Below are positions 1-8,799 of a DNA stretch of 24,314 nucleotides, one piece after another. Below the pieces are notes generated by a model. It searched no databases and had not been told where the DNA came from. It was given only the letters and a program-made list of their open reading frames with translations. Made by a program: the position numbers and the translations under genes. Source of the DNA: a virus. Lineage: Duplodnaviria > Caudoviricetes. The stretch is taken from positions 1 to 24,314 of the IMG/VR virus record IMGVR_UViG_3300025646_005140; one strand, written 5' to 3'. How positions within the stretch are numbered: position 1 is the stretch's first letter; each line of letters starts with the position of its first letter.

Positions 1-2
1 TT

Positions 3-3000
3 TCAGGTTCTTCAAATTTTACAGAAACAATCACAGGGCTAAACACTGTAATTATTGGTTCAACTCCGAATACAGCTGGTGGTACACTCACTGCTTATAT
101 CGATAATCTTGCAGTATATAATGATACCACAACAGTAGAAAACATACCTAGCCAACAGACAGCAACCTATGAATCAGATTTTTCAACTAGAGATGGGTTT
201 TCAGCAGATTATTCTAGTTATTTGGTTGTCAATACAACAAATGAAAGAATAGATTTTTCATGTAATGCAAGTTCATTAAATGGTTTAATAACAAAAGATT
301 TAGGAGCTGGATTTGGTTCAACTAAATTTGTAGCAAGATGGCATTTGCACGTTACAAATGCAAATCTTAATTCAACAGCAGCACAAGCTGTAGGTCTTAG
401 AATGGGTTTAGCAGATTCATCTTCACAAACAGCAGAAGTTCCTACAAATGATCAAATATATTGGCAAACAAGTGCAGGAAGTAGTACCTTTTTTCAGGGA
501 TTAATGGGAGCAGATGGTAGCACAAATACAAATGATAGAGGCAATGACGATCCAATATCAGCAAGTAGTGATAATACTGATTGGTATTTTGAATTAAAAC
601 GTGATGGTAATAATTTTACAGGACAATTTTATTCTGATTCCACTTTTGAAACGACCATAGGTAGTGCAAGAAGTCTTACAATAGCAAATGTTGGTTCACT
701 AAGATATTTGTATTTCAGAGTATTTACACAAGCAGTAACAGGAACACCATTGTTTGATGGTTATATTGATGATTTAAAAATTTGGAACAACTTCTCAGAA
801 GTAAACCCAACAACACTAACAGACTTTGTATTACCAATAAAGATTCAAGGAGATGCAGACTTGCAGAGAAAGACAACAGAAACAAGAGACGATGATTTTA
901 CTGATTCAGGTGCAACAAGTCATACCAGTTCTCCAAGCACAGTAGGTGGCTGGTTAGCACAAGACCATACCAATATACTAATTAACGGTACAGACGATGT
1001 TATTGATTTTACTTGTGTAACTGATGGCTCTAATGATTCAATGAGTTATGATTTAACAACAGCATTATCTGATTCAAAATGGGTATTGGATGCTGATGTG
1101 GAATTTACTACATTAAACGGTGCTACTGGAAATGATAAGATATTTTTCATTGGTATTTCCTCACATGATTCTGCAACTAATTCAGGTACAGCACAAGACG
1201 GTATATTTTTGAAAGCAGATGCAATTAGTGGTGGTGCTACAGATTTTAGATTACTTTCATGCAACGGTGTAAGTCCTTTATCTGCTCCAAGCACTAATAC
1301 ACTTTTAACAATAACCCCCGAAACAAGAAAATATTTTATTAGAATATTCAGAGCATCTACTACCTCTATGACAGTTCAAATATTTGCAGATAAGGCAAGA
1401 ACCATATCATTAGATAATGCAACTGTAACAATAGATTCGGGTATTCAGACATTAAGATATATCAAAATTATGAACTCCAATGCAAGTTCGGCTGCTGGGA
1501 GTATTGTAGGTCAAGTCACAAGATTTAGAGTTTGGGATGGTATTACAAATCCAGTAACACAGGAAACAGTAACTTTCGAAGATGATTTTACAGGTGTTAG
1601 TCCTAATTGGACTGATGTTGGAACTGGATTTGCAGTAAATACATCAACTGATCTTATTGATTGTTCATTCGTTGAACAAGATTCAGACAGAATTTATCAT
1701 GATTTAGAAAATGAATTGGGTGTAGGTGGAAGATTAGATCCTAATTACTGGATTATGAGAATGAAATTCAGACAACTAACTCATAACACTTCGATGAGAG
1801 GATTTATTGGTATTTCTTCAACTACTGGGGAATCTACAGCAACACAAGATTTCTTAGGAATGGGGTTCTTGTGGTCTAGCACTCAAGATACTTTAGAAAA
1901 CTTTAGAATCAAAAATGGAACTGTCGCAAGTGGACAAGGTGTTAACACAACATGGACAAACTCTACTGATTATTATCTGGAATTTATCAAAAATGGAAAT
2001 AATTTCACAGTAAATGTTTACTCTGATTCCAGTTACAGCATAAGAACACTAACAAATCTACAAACAACAACCTCTGATTTCTCAGATATGAGATATATTA
2101 AGATAATGGCTCCAAACACATCTTCAACAACAACGTCAACAGGGGAAATTGATGATGTTCAGATCTGGAATGGAATCTCATCCCCAAACGCAAGTGCAAG
2201 AAAGATAGTATTTACAAATGATGATACAACAAACTCAGCAATACAATATCCAAGTAAGACATTATCATACGATCCAATTAACGGAGATTATTATGGAGAG
2301 GTTAAAATTCCAACACTAACTACTGGAAGTAACTTTAATTTGTATATGTATTATAATTATAATCCAAGTGCAAATCCTGATTATAGTCCAGAAACTATTG
2401 GAACAATTACAAGGGATGAAACATTTGATACTACTACAGGATGGACAGAAAGAGATGCTACAGAATGTTATATTGATACTATAAATAATAGAATATATTA
2501 CAATGGAGATTTAGATGTTACTGATTCTACTGTTTATTATGATGTTGTAGGACAACTAGGACAAGCATTTAACGGTAAAAGTCTAGTTTTAAGATGTGAG
2601 CCTAAAAAAATAGCAAATGCCAATCTTTCTCACCGAGTAGAATTTATGTTATCTGCTGAGAATGTTGATATGCATACTTCTCAAAACTCAGTTGGATTTG
2701 CAATTGGTGCAAATAATTCATTTGTTGGAAGAACATACCAAAATTCTGCAACACCAACTGATGCAACAGCATTTACTAATACGTCAAATGGTACAGTTGA
2801 ATATGTAGAAATAGCAATACATGGAAAACTTGTTACATTTAGAACTTTTACAGATAACACATATTCAGTATTAGACCAAGAATTTACTTTAACATTAACA
2901 GATACAATGCCTGACTTCAATTATATTAAATTAATGGATAGAAGTGATACCAGCTCGGGTTCAAATACATTAGAAATGGAAATTAAAAACTTGAAAATTT

Positions 3001-3842
3001 GGGATAATATTAGTACATTTAACAGAGAAAAATCAGTTCATGATGCAAACTACAAAGCAGTATATCACTTACAAGGAAATTCCCTAGACAGTACAGTTTA
3101 CGGTAATGACGGAACTAACACAGCAGTAGATTGGGAACAACAAAATAATTCAGTTGGACTTGTTGCTAATGGAACTACTACAAAGATAGATGTAAGTGCC
3201 GATACAAGTATCAATAATGTTTGGGTTAGTGGTGGTGAAGTTGAATGGACAACTAATTTAAAGTCTGACGGTGAGGCATCTGGTGGAAGATTCTTTGATA
3301 AACGTGGTCTTGGATTTGGGTGGACTTTTATAGGTGAAGATGAAGCATCTGGATTAATTAGAATAAGATTATTGATTGATTTTACTACCACGAATGGACA
3401 GTGGGAAACAACTAATACAGTTATACCAATAAACGAAGTTGTAAAACTAACAGTAAAATATAATGGTGATAGTATAGAAAATGATCCAATACTTATAATT
3501 AATGGTGTAAAATATACCGTAGGAAATGGATTAACCGAAGTTGTAAAACCAGCTGGTTCGATAAGGTCAGATTCAAGTCAGGCTTTTACTATTGCAAATG
3601 TAACAGTGCAAACTACCACAATAGATGGATTCATGGATAATGTTAAACTATCAGACAAAATCAGACCAAGTAACCAAGCAATCGCAACTTATAATGCAGA
3701 AAAGGCAGACAGTGATATTCTTACAGTAGGAAGTGAATCTACTCCATTATTTTCAAATGTTGAAACAAACTCTGTTTTTATTAAAACTGACACAAACAAA
3801 CGATTTTGGTATAACGGAACAACTTGGGTGGAACAAGCATGA
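3..3842 (+). CDS. Large virion adhesin/tail protein, 5'-truncated: repeated ~200-aa beta-sandwich modules, split DUF2341-like domain, C-terminal LamG/concanavalin A-like domain
   Basis: Frame +3 is open from position 3, so the TTG at 222 is probably not the true start. T/S/N/D-rich. Modules end in RYxKI...G.IDDxxIW. DUF2341-like pieces are LTDFVLPI, RKIVFT..EVKIPTL..LYMYY and NYKAVYHL..DST. LamG-type end GFMDNVKLSDKIR. Confidence 0.75.
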   Translation, partial: SGSSNFTETITGLNTVIIGSTPNTAGGTLTAYIDNLAVYNDTTTVENIPSQQTATYESDFSTRDGFSADYSSYLVVNTTNERIDFSCNASSLNGLITKDLGAGFGSTKFVARWHLHVTNANLNSTAAQAVGLRMGLADSSSQTAEVPTNDQIYWQTSAGSSTFFQGLMGADGSTNTNDRGNDDPISASSDNTDWYFELKRDGNNFTGQFYSDSTFETTIGSARSLTIANVGSLRYLYFRVFTQAVTGTPLFDGYIDDLKIWNNFSEVNPTTLTDFVLPIKIQGDADLQRKTTETRDDDFTDSGATSHTSSPSTVGGWLAQDHTNILINGTDDVIDFTCVTDGSNDSMSYDLTTALSDSKWVLDADVEFTTLNGATGNDKIFFIGISSHDSATNSGTAQDGIFLKADAISGGATDFRLLSCNGVSPLSAPSTNTLLTITPETRKYFIRIFRASTTSMTVQIFADKARTISLDNATVTIDSGIQTLRYIKIMNSNASSAAGSIVGQVTRFRVWDGITNPVTQETVTFEDDFTGVSPNWTDVGTGFAVNTSTDLIDCSFVEQDSDRIYHDLENELGVGGRLDPNYWIMRMKFRQLTHNTSMRGFIGISSTTGESTATQDFLGMGFLWSSTQDTLENFRIKNGTVASGQGVNTTWTNSTDYYLEFIKNGNNFTVNVYSDSSYSIRTLTNLQTTTSDFSDMRYIKIMAPNTSSTTTSTGEIDDVQIWNGISSPNASARKIVFTNDDTTNSAIQYPSKTLSYDPINGDYYGEVKIPTLTTGSNFNLYMYYNYNPSANPDYSPETIGTITRDETFDTTTGWTERDATECYIDTINNRIYYNGDLDVTDSTVYYDVVGQLGQAFNGKSLVLRCEPKKIANANLSHRVEFMLSAENVDMHTSQNSVGFAIGANNSFVGRTYQNSATPTDATAFTNTSNGTVEYVEIAIHGKLVTFRTFTDNTYSVLDQEFTLTLTDTMPDFNYIKLMDRSDTSSGSNTLEMEIKNLKIWDNISTFNREKSVHDANYKAVYHLQGNSLDSTVYGNDGTNTAVDWEQQNNSVGLVANGTTTKIDVSADTSINNVWVSGGEVEWTTNLKSDGEASGGRFFDKRGLGFGWTFIGEDEASGLIRIRLLIDFTTTNGQWETTNTVIPINEVVKLTVKYNGDSIENDPILIINGVKYTVGNGLTEVVKPAGSIRSDSSQAFTIANVTVQTTTIDGFMDNVKLSDKIRPSNQAIATYNAEKADSDILTVGSESTPLFSNVETNSVFIKTDTNKRFWYNGTTWVEQA

Positions 3843-4096
3843 GCCAAGAATACTATGACCATTTGAACGAGGGAGATAAATATCTCTGCGACAAGTGTCA
3901 AACAGCAGAACTATCAGCACACGAATATGACCAATATATCAGATTTCAATATCATTACTGTGAGCCATGTTGGAATTATCTCCACCTCAAAAAAGGCAAG
4001 TGTGAATCATGTGGAGCAACACACACAAACAGGAACGAATATGCAACAATCATTATAAACTGTGGTTGTGGTAAAGAGGTAGAGTTATCATGGTAG
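3839..4096 (+). CDS. Small double zinc-finger protein (85 aa)
   Basis: CDKC..CEPC..CESC..CGC. ATG at 3839 overlaps the upstream TGA (ATGA), so it is preferred to the track start at 3824. Confidence 0.7.
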   Translation: MSQEYYDHLNEGDKYLCDKCQTAELSAHEYDQYIRFQYHYCEPCWNYLHLKKGKCESCGATHTNRNEYATIIINCGCGKEVELSW

Positions 4097-5172
4097 AGTG
4101 GTTAGCAGGAAAAAGAGTAAGGGGAACAAGTAGTGAAAGAACACCATTAGGCACAGTATTAGGTGGCACAGGAGTAGGTGGATGGGTAGAACTAGGAAGA
4201 ACTACGTTGGGTGGAGCAGCAGATTCATTAGAAGTTTCAAGTTTAGCAGATAAAAGATATTATATGATTTTACATTGGGTTGTTCCTGACACTTATGTTG
4301 CTCCAAGATTAAGATTGGGTAATAGTTCAGTAGATACTGGATCAAATTATGCTAGACGTGGAAATGAAAATGGTGGTACAGATGGAACAGCAACTTCACA
4401 AGATCACATTACATTTAGTCCAGAAGGCGGTGGTAATCCTCAATATACAGTAGGTTATATTGCAAATAGTTCAGCAAATGAAAAATTATTTATGAATCAC
4501 ACAGTTCATAGGAAAGCAGCAGGAGAAGCAAATGAGCCAGGTCGTGGAGAGGTAGTTGGCAAATGGAGTAATACATCTAATCCACTTGATTTAATTCATC
4601 TTTATAACGGAGATCCGGGTTCAGGGGATTACGCTAGTGGTTCAGAACTTGTCGTACTTGGTTGGGATCCTGATGATACACATACTAACAACTTTTGGGA
4701 AGAATTAGCTGATGTTTCATGGAGTTCAGGTAGTAGTTTTGATACAGGAACATTTACTGCTAAAAAATATCTTTGGGTTCAATTTTGGACAGATTCAGCA
4801 ACAACAAATTATAGACCACTTATGACAGTTGGAAACTCTACACTAGATACAGGCACTAATTATGCAACTAGACGTTCTTTTGATGGTGCAACAGATGTTA
4901 CTTCTGCTTCACGTTCTGATTGGGAAACTGAAATGGATGGAACAGCAAATATAAAATTCGGAAATATGTTTATTATTAATAATGCAAGTAATGAAAAATT
5001 ATCAATCGGACATTTTGTATCATCTACAACAGCAGGAGCAGCAGCAGCACCTAGTAGAAGGGAAATGGTGGGAAAGTGGGATAATACTTCAAACCAAATT
5101 AATATTATTGGATTAACCACATCAACAGGAGATTTCACAGGTGGACAGATAAAAGTATGGGGTGCAGATTGA
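4090..5172 (+). CDS. Virion tail/fibre protein with two tandem copies of a ~150-aa beta-rich domain
   Basis: Internal repeat W.EL...GNS..DTG.NYA.R...NEKL...AG....P.R.E.VGKW.NTSN....I...G....V.G.D. This domain type is common in tailed-virus fibre genes. Confidence 0.7.
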   Translation: MVEWLAGKRVRGTSSERTPLGTVLGGTGVGGWVELGRTTLGGAADSLEVSSLADKRYYMILHWVVPDTYVAPRLRLGNSSVDTGSNYARRGNENGGTDGTATSQDHITFSPEGGGNPQYTVGYIANSSANEKLFMNHTVHRKAAGEANEPGRGEVVGKWSNTSNPLDLIHLYNGDPGSGDYASGSELVVLGWDPDDTHTNNFWEELADVSWSSGSSFDTGTFTAKKYLWVQFWTDSATTNYRPLMTVGNSTLDTGTNYATRRSFDGATDVTSASRSDWETEMDGTANIKFGNMFIINNASNEKLSIGHFVSSTTAGAAAAPSRREMVGKWDNTSNQINIIGLTTSTGDFTGGQIKVWGAD

Positions 5173-5193
5173 GATGAAAGGAGATGAAAAGTA

Positions 5194-5775
5194 ATGGCAT
5201 GGGCTAAACAGGATTCAGACACATTAACATCTACAGCAAGTGAAATAAACTCTACTGTAAATGGTGTAGATTTTAATATGACTATGGCTCATGTAATTGA
5301 TTCTGGAGCAACAAATATTGATTTAGAATTTAACAATGATTCAGGAAACAATTATGCTTCAAGATATTCATTTAATGGTGCAACAGATTCAACTGAAACA
5401 AGTCAAGCTATGATACATGGAAACGGATTTACAACTAGAGAAAACTTTGATATTGCTTATATTATAGGAATAGATACAAAAGAAAAATTAGTTATTAGAT
5501 TCACAGTAGATAGGGAAAACGCAGGAGCAGGAGGAGCTCCGAGCAGGCTAGAAGGAACTGGAAAATGGGCTAATACAAGTGATTCTATAACTGAAATAAC
5601 TTTAGAGGATAATTTAGCATTAGGGGGAACTTACTCATCTAACTCTAATCTTTCAGCATTAACAGGAGATGAAACAGAAACAGTAACACTACAAGACGGA
5701 ACAATATTTGAAGAAACTGACACTAACAAAGCCTACATCTGGAACGCTTCTACTAAAACGTGGACACAGTTATAA
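5194..5775 (+). CDS. Virion tail/fibre protein, third copy of the same domain plus a C-terminal DGTIFEETDTNK..W module
   Basis: NDSGNNYASR, EKLVI and AGAGGAPSRLEGTGKWANTSDSITEITL match the repeats in 4090-5172. AGGAGA ribosome-binding site upstream. Confidence 0.7.
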   Translation: MAWAKQDSDTLTSTASEINSTVNGVDFNMTMAHVIDSGATNIDLEFNNDSGNNYASRYSFNGATDSTETSQAMIHGNGFTTRENFDIAYIIGIDTKEKLVIRFTVDRENAGAGGAPSRLEGTGKWANTSDSITEITLEDNLALGGTYSSNSNLSALTGDETETVTLQDGTIFEETDTNKAYIWNASTKTWTQL

Positions 5776-5803
5776 ATATAAACTATAACAACAGTTATGA
5801 TTT

Positions 5804-7303
5804 ATGGTCAGTTCATATACGCTAACCTCATATAAAGATACTAGTTTTACGGCTAGAGATATAGTAACTGACACAAATACTGTAAGATTTGATATACGTA
5901 GTCTTGCTAGTGATACTTTTAGTGGTAGGTTTGATATTAGGCAACTTGCTCTTTATTACAAATCTTTCTCCCCCAACTCATTCACATCAACATCATACAG
6001 AACATTAGATGAAGATATCAACTTAACATCAAGATTTGATATTAGGCAGGGGGAGATTAATTCACACTTAACAAATAAATTCAATATAAGACAAGCAATA
6101 ACAGATACACTAACTAACAGGTTTGACATAAGACAAATAGTATCTAATACACTTACATTACCATTTGGACTTTTTGTAACAGTTGCAAACACACTTACAA
6201 ATCTGTTTGACATAAGAGAAGCAACAAGTGATACACTTACAAACAAATTCCATATTAGAGAACAGATAGGTATTCTAGGTAGTTATCTTGATAACTCATT
6301 TACAACAGCATCATACACGATTGCAGACCTATCAAGAACATTTAAATTTGATATAAGACAGGCAGTTACAGAAACTGTTACATCAAAGTTTGATATAATA
6401 TCACAGTTAATTGACACATTAACAGCAAGATTTGATATAAGAGAAAAAGTAGTTGATACTATTACAAACAAGTTTAACATTAGACAGGCAATTACAAAAG
6501 CAGTTACAAACAAGTTTGATGTAAGACAGGCTATTCTTCCAACTATCACAAGCTTGTTTGACATAAGAGAAAAGGTGGTAGATACAGTTACAAACAAATT
6601 CCATATAAGAAATGCAGTAAGCGATACAAGGACATTCCTATTTGACATAAGAGAAAGAATAGTAAAAGCACTTACAAATAGATTTGACATAAGAGCAATT
6701 GCAATTGCATTACCAGGATATACAAGTGACTCTTACACTACAACATCATATACTACACAGATAGGAACTGTTCCACAACTTACAGTTCTGTTTGATATAG
6801 CAAGTGTATTAGCAGGAAGAACATTGTCTATTAAATTCGATATAAGAGAAAAACTAATAGATACGTTAACCAACAGATTTGATATTAGACAGATAGCATC
6901 TGACTCAAACACTTTCAAGTTTATTATCAGATCATTAATAGCAGATACTTTAACAAATAGATTTGACATAAGACAGGCAATTCCAGATACTTTGACTAAT
7001 AGATTCGATATAAGATCCAAATTAACAGACACATTGAATAACAGATTTGATATTAGACAGATAGCATCTGACTCAAACACTTTCAAGTTTATTATCAGAT
7101 CATTAATAGCAGATACGTTAACAAGCAAGTTTAACATAGTAGGTCAGATAGAAAGCACATTAACATCATTATTCCATATAAAATGGCTTTTCTTAAACAA
7201 AAGAGTTGTAAAAACTACAGCAAATTCAAGAAGAGTAAGAACAAATTACAAGAGTGCAAGGGTGGAAATACCAGATTCAACAAAAGAAGTAGACACACTA
7301 TAA
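5804..7303 (+). CDS. 14-aa tandem repeat fibrous protein (probable fibre/spike or ruler-like structural protein)
   Basis: More than 20 copies of a consensus DTLTN(R/K)FDIR(Q/E)xI, interrupted by S/T/Y-rich spacers, with a basic C-terminus. Sits among structural genes. Confidence 0.7.
   Translation: MVSSYTLTSYKDTSFTARDIVTDTNTVRFDIRSLASDTFSGRFDIRQLALYYKSFSPNSFTSTSYRTLDEDINLTSRFDIRQGEINSHLTNKFNIRQAITDTLTNRFDIRQIVSNTLTLPFGLFVTVANTLTNLFDIREATSDTLTNKFHIREQIGILGSYLDNSFTTASYTIADLSRTFKFDIRQAVTETVTSKFDIISQLIDTLTARFDIREKVVDTITNKFNIRQAITKAVTNKFDVRQAILPTITSLFDIREKVVDTVTNKFHIRNAVSDTRTFLFDIRERIVKALTNRFDIRAIAIALPGYTSDSYTTTSYTTQIGTVPQLTVLFDIASVLAGRTLSIKFDIREKLIDTLTNRFDIRQIASDSNTFKFIIRSLIADTLTNRFDIRQAIPDTLTNRFDIRSKLTDTLNNRFDIRQIASDSNTFKFIIRSLIADTLTSKFNIVGQIESTLTSLFHIKWLFLNKRVVKTTANSRRVRTNYKSARVEIPDSTKEVDTL
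6872..7116 (+). repeat. Perfect 77-bp direct repeat (6872-6948 and 7040-7116)
   Basis: AACAGATTTGATATTAGACAGATAGCATCTGACTC...GCAGATAC occurs twice, offset 168 bp, which equals four 42-bp repeat units. Confidence 0.9.
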
Positions 7304-7337
7304 AAAACTATTTAAACCTTAAACTTCAAATTACAGT

Positions 7338-7691
7338 ATGAGTATATCTATGAATAAAAGAGCAATAGAATTTAGAGAAAAAGTAGGCTCAAGAAGAACT
7401 GTAAGCATAACACTCACAGACAGTACAAATACAGCATTAGACATGTCATCAACTACAACATATAATACAGGTAAATGGAAAGTTTGGAAACCAGACGGAA
7501 CATTATTAATCAATGGTTCTATTACATTTTTAACTAGAGCAAGTGGTCTTGTTTCATATGATTTATCTGCAACCGACACTGCTGCAGCAAACGCAGGAGT
7601 ATGGGAGGGAGAAGTTGAAATCTTCAATGACGAGGGAATACTAAGAGAACAAAGTGAAACATTTACATTTATAATAGAAGAGTCATATTAG
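7338..7691 (+). CDS. Ig-like structural protein resembling the BppU N-terminal baseplate domain
   Basis: Pattern ITLTD...LD.S...KVWKPDG...G.VSYDL...DT...G.WEGEVEI...SETFTFII. TTTAAA at 7311. Confidence 0.55.
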   Translation: MSISMNKRAIEFREKVGSRRTVSITLTDSTNTALDMSSTTTYNTGKWKVWKPDGTLLINGSITFLTRASGLVSYDLSATDTAAANAGVWEGEVEIFNDEGILREQSETFTFIIEESY

Positions 7692-7727
7692 AACAACACT
7701 TATTAGTTACGCATATATACATTTATC

Positions 7728-8489
7728 ATGGTTGTAAATAAAATAGTACAAGATAATGCTTATTTTGCATTTAGAAAGTCACAAATGAAAGCAATGCATA
7801 CTGAACGACTTGGTGTTATTCATGTATCTGATTTGATTAAGGCTTGTATTAGAAATGTTATGTATGGTAAATTTACTCCACCCGAGTATAAGACCATGAC
7901 AACAGAGGATATGAAATCACTTTATTTTGGTCAAGCAATACACTCTGCAAGTGAAGTTGCTGATCCAGAAAAACATGAGATGTTTCTTGCATATGATTAC
8001 GAGCAAGACAAAGCATTAACATATGAAGAAGCAAAAAAAATTCCACAAGATGATCCAAGACAGTTGGATATTATTTATGGTAGCATAGATGATGTAATTG
8101 AAGTAGATGGAGAATTAGTTATCTGTGACAAGAAAACAACAGGATCTATTGAATACTTTCAAAAACATAACTCAAGTGCATCTGATTCACATATGGCACA
8201 GATTAATTGTTATCGTGCATTATTAAACAAGTGTTATAATCTTGATGCAAAACGTGGGTGTGTAATATACATATCAAACTCCATATCAAAAGAGAAATAT
8301 GACAAACCTACACCTATATCATTCCTGTTAAAAAAACCAGAAGAAGTATTACAAGAAATGATAACAAACGCAAAAAAGATCAAAGAATCAATAAAGTCAG
8401 ATAAACTACCAGAGAGAACAAGATGTTATCTTTGTGATGGTATGTGTCCGTATGCTAACAAATGTTTTGAGTCATTTGGTGAAGATTAA
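7728..8489 (+). CDS. Cas4-like (RecB-family PD-(D/E)XK) exonuclease with probable Fe-S cysteines
   Basis: HVSDL..C.R, G.AIH, GSIDD..VICDKKT, Q..CY and C-terminal CYLCDGMCPY..KC. No CRISPR array in the window. Confidence 0.85.
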   Translation: MVVNKIVQDNAYFAFRKSQMKAMHTERLGVIHVSDLIKACIRNVMYGKFTPPEYKTMTTEDMKSLYFGQAIHSASEVADPEKHEMFLAYDYEQDKALTYEEAKKIPQDDPRQLDIIYGSIDDVIEVDGELVICDKKTTGSIEYFQKHNSSASDSHMAQINCYRALLNKCYNLDAKRGCVIYISNSISKEKYDKPTPISFLLKKPEEVLQEMITNAKKIKESIKSDKLPERTRCYLCDGMCPYANKCFESFGED

Positions 8490-8602
8490 TGGTTTATGTT
8501 TATCCTAGTTGTAAACAAGGAAAACACGCAAAATGTCCTAAACAATACGCAGGTTTAATTAAATGCCAGTGTGCTTGTCATGTGGTGATTGGTACAGGAT
8601 GA
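8489..8602 (+). CDS. 37-aa Cys/His microprotein (C..H..C...CxCxCH)
   Basis: MVYVYPSCKQGKHAKCPKQYAGLIKCQCACHVVIGTG. TAATG overlap with the upstream gene and ATGA overlap with the downstream gene. Confidence 0.75.
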   Translation: MVYVYPSCKQGKHAKCPKQYAGLIKCQCACHVVIGTG

Positions 8603-8799
8603 TAATTTACGAACCAAAAAACAGCATTAAGGTTTATACTCCAAAAGGTATAGCAAGAATATGGCTTGTAACTGAATATGGTATGGAAACACAAAAACTG
8701 TTTACTTGTATAACATCATCAGGTCAAGTATGGGAATTTACAAATGATCAAATTACAGTTCAAGATAACCCTACAGTAACTGGATTTGATGATGATTGA
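8599..8799 (+). CDS. Hypothetical protein (66 aa, beta-rich)
   Basis: MIIYEPKNSIKVYTPKG... ATG at 8599 is coupled to the microprotein stop, so it is preferred to the track start at 8563. Confidence 0.7.
   Translation: MIIYEPKNSIKVYTPKGIARIWLVTEYGMETQKLFTCITSSGQVWEFTNDQITVQDNPTVTGFDDD

Noticed and set aside
5170-5193. Stop-codon readthrough or recoding fusing 4090 and 5194
   Set aside because: Two in-frame TGA codons and a good ribosome-binding site for 5194; TGA acts as a normal stop elsewhere in the window.
4090-5775. Diversity-generating retroelement acting on fibre genes
   Set aside because: No reverse transcriptase and no near-identical repeat pair differing only at adenines.
1046-7627. 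Minus-strand ORFs under the structural genes (1046, 2681, 3098, 3689, 4860, 5956, 6283, 6419, 6733, 7331)
   Set aside because: Antisense shadows of long plus-strand genes, with no motifs or promoters of their own.
7728-8489. CRISPR-Cas system
   Set aside because: Only a solo Cas4-like nuclease; no repeat-spacer array or other cas genes. The 42-bp periodicity at 5804-7303 is coding.
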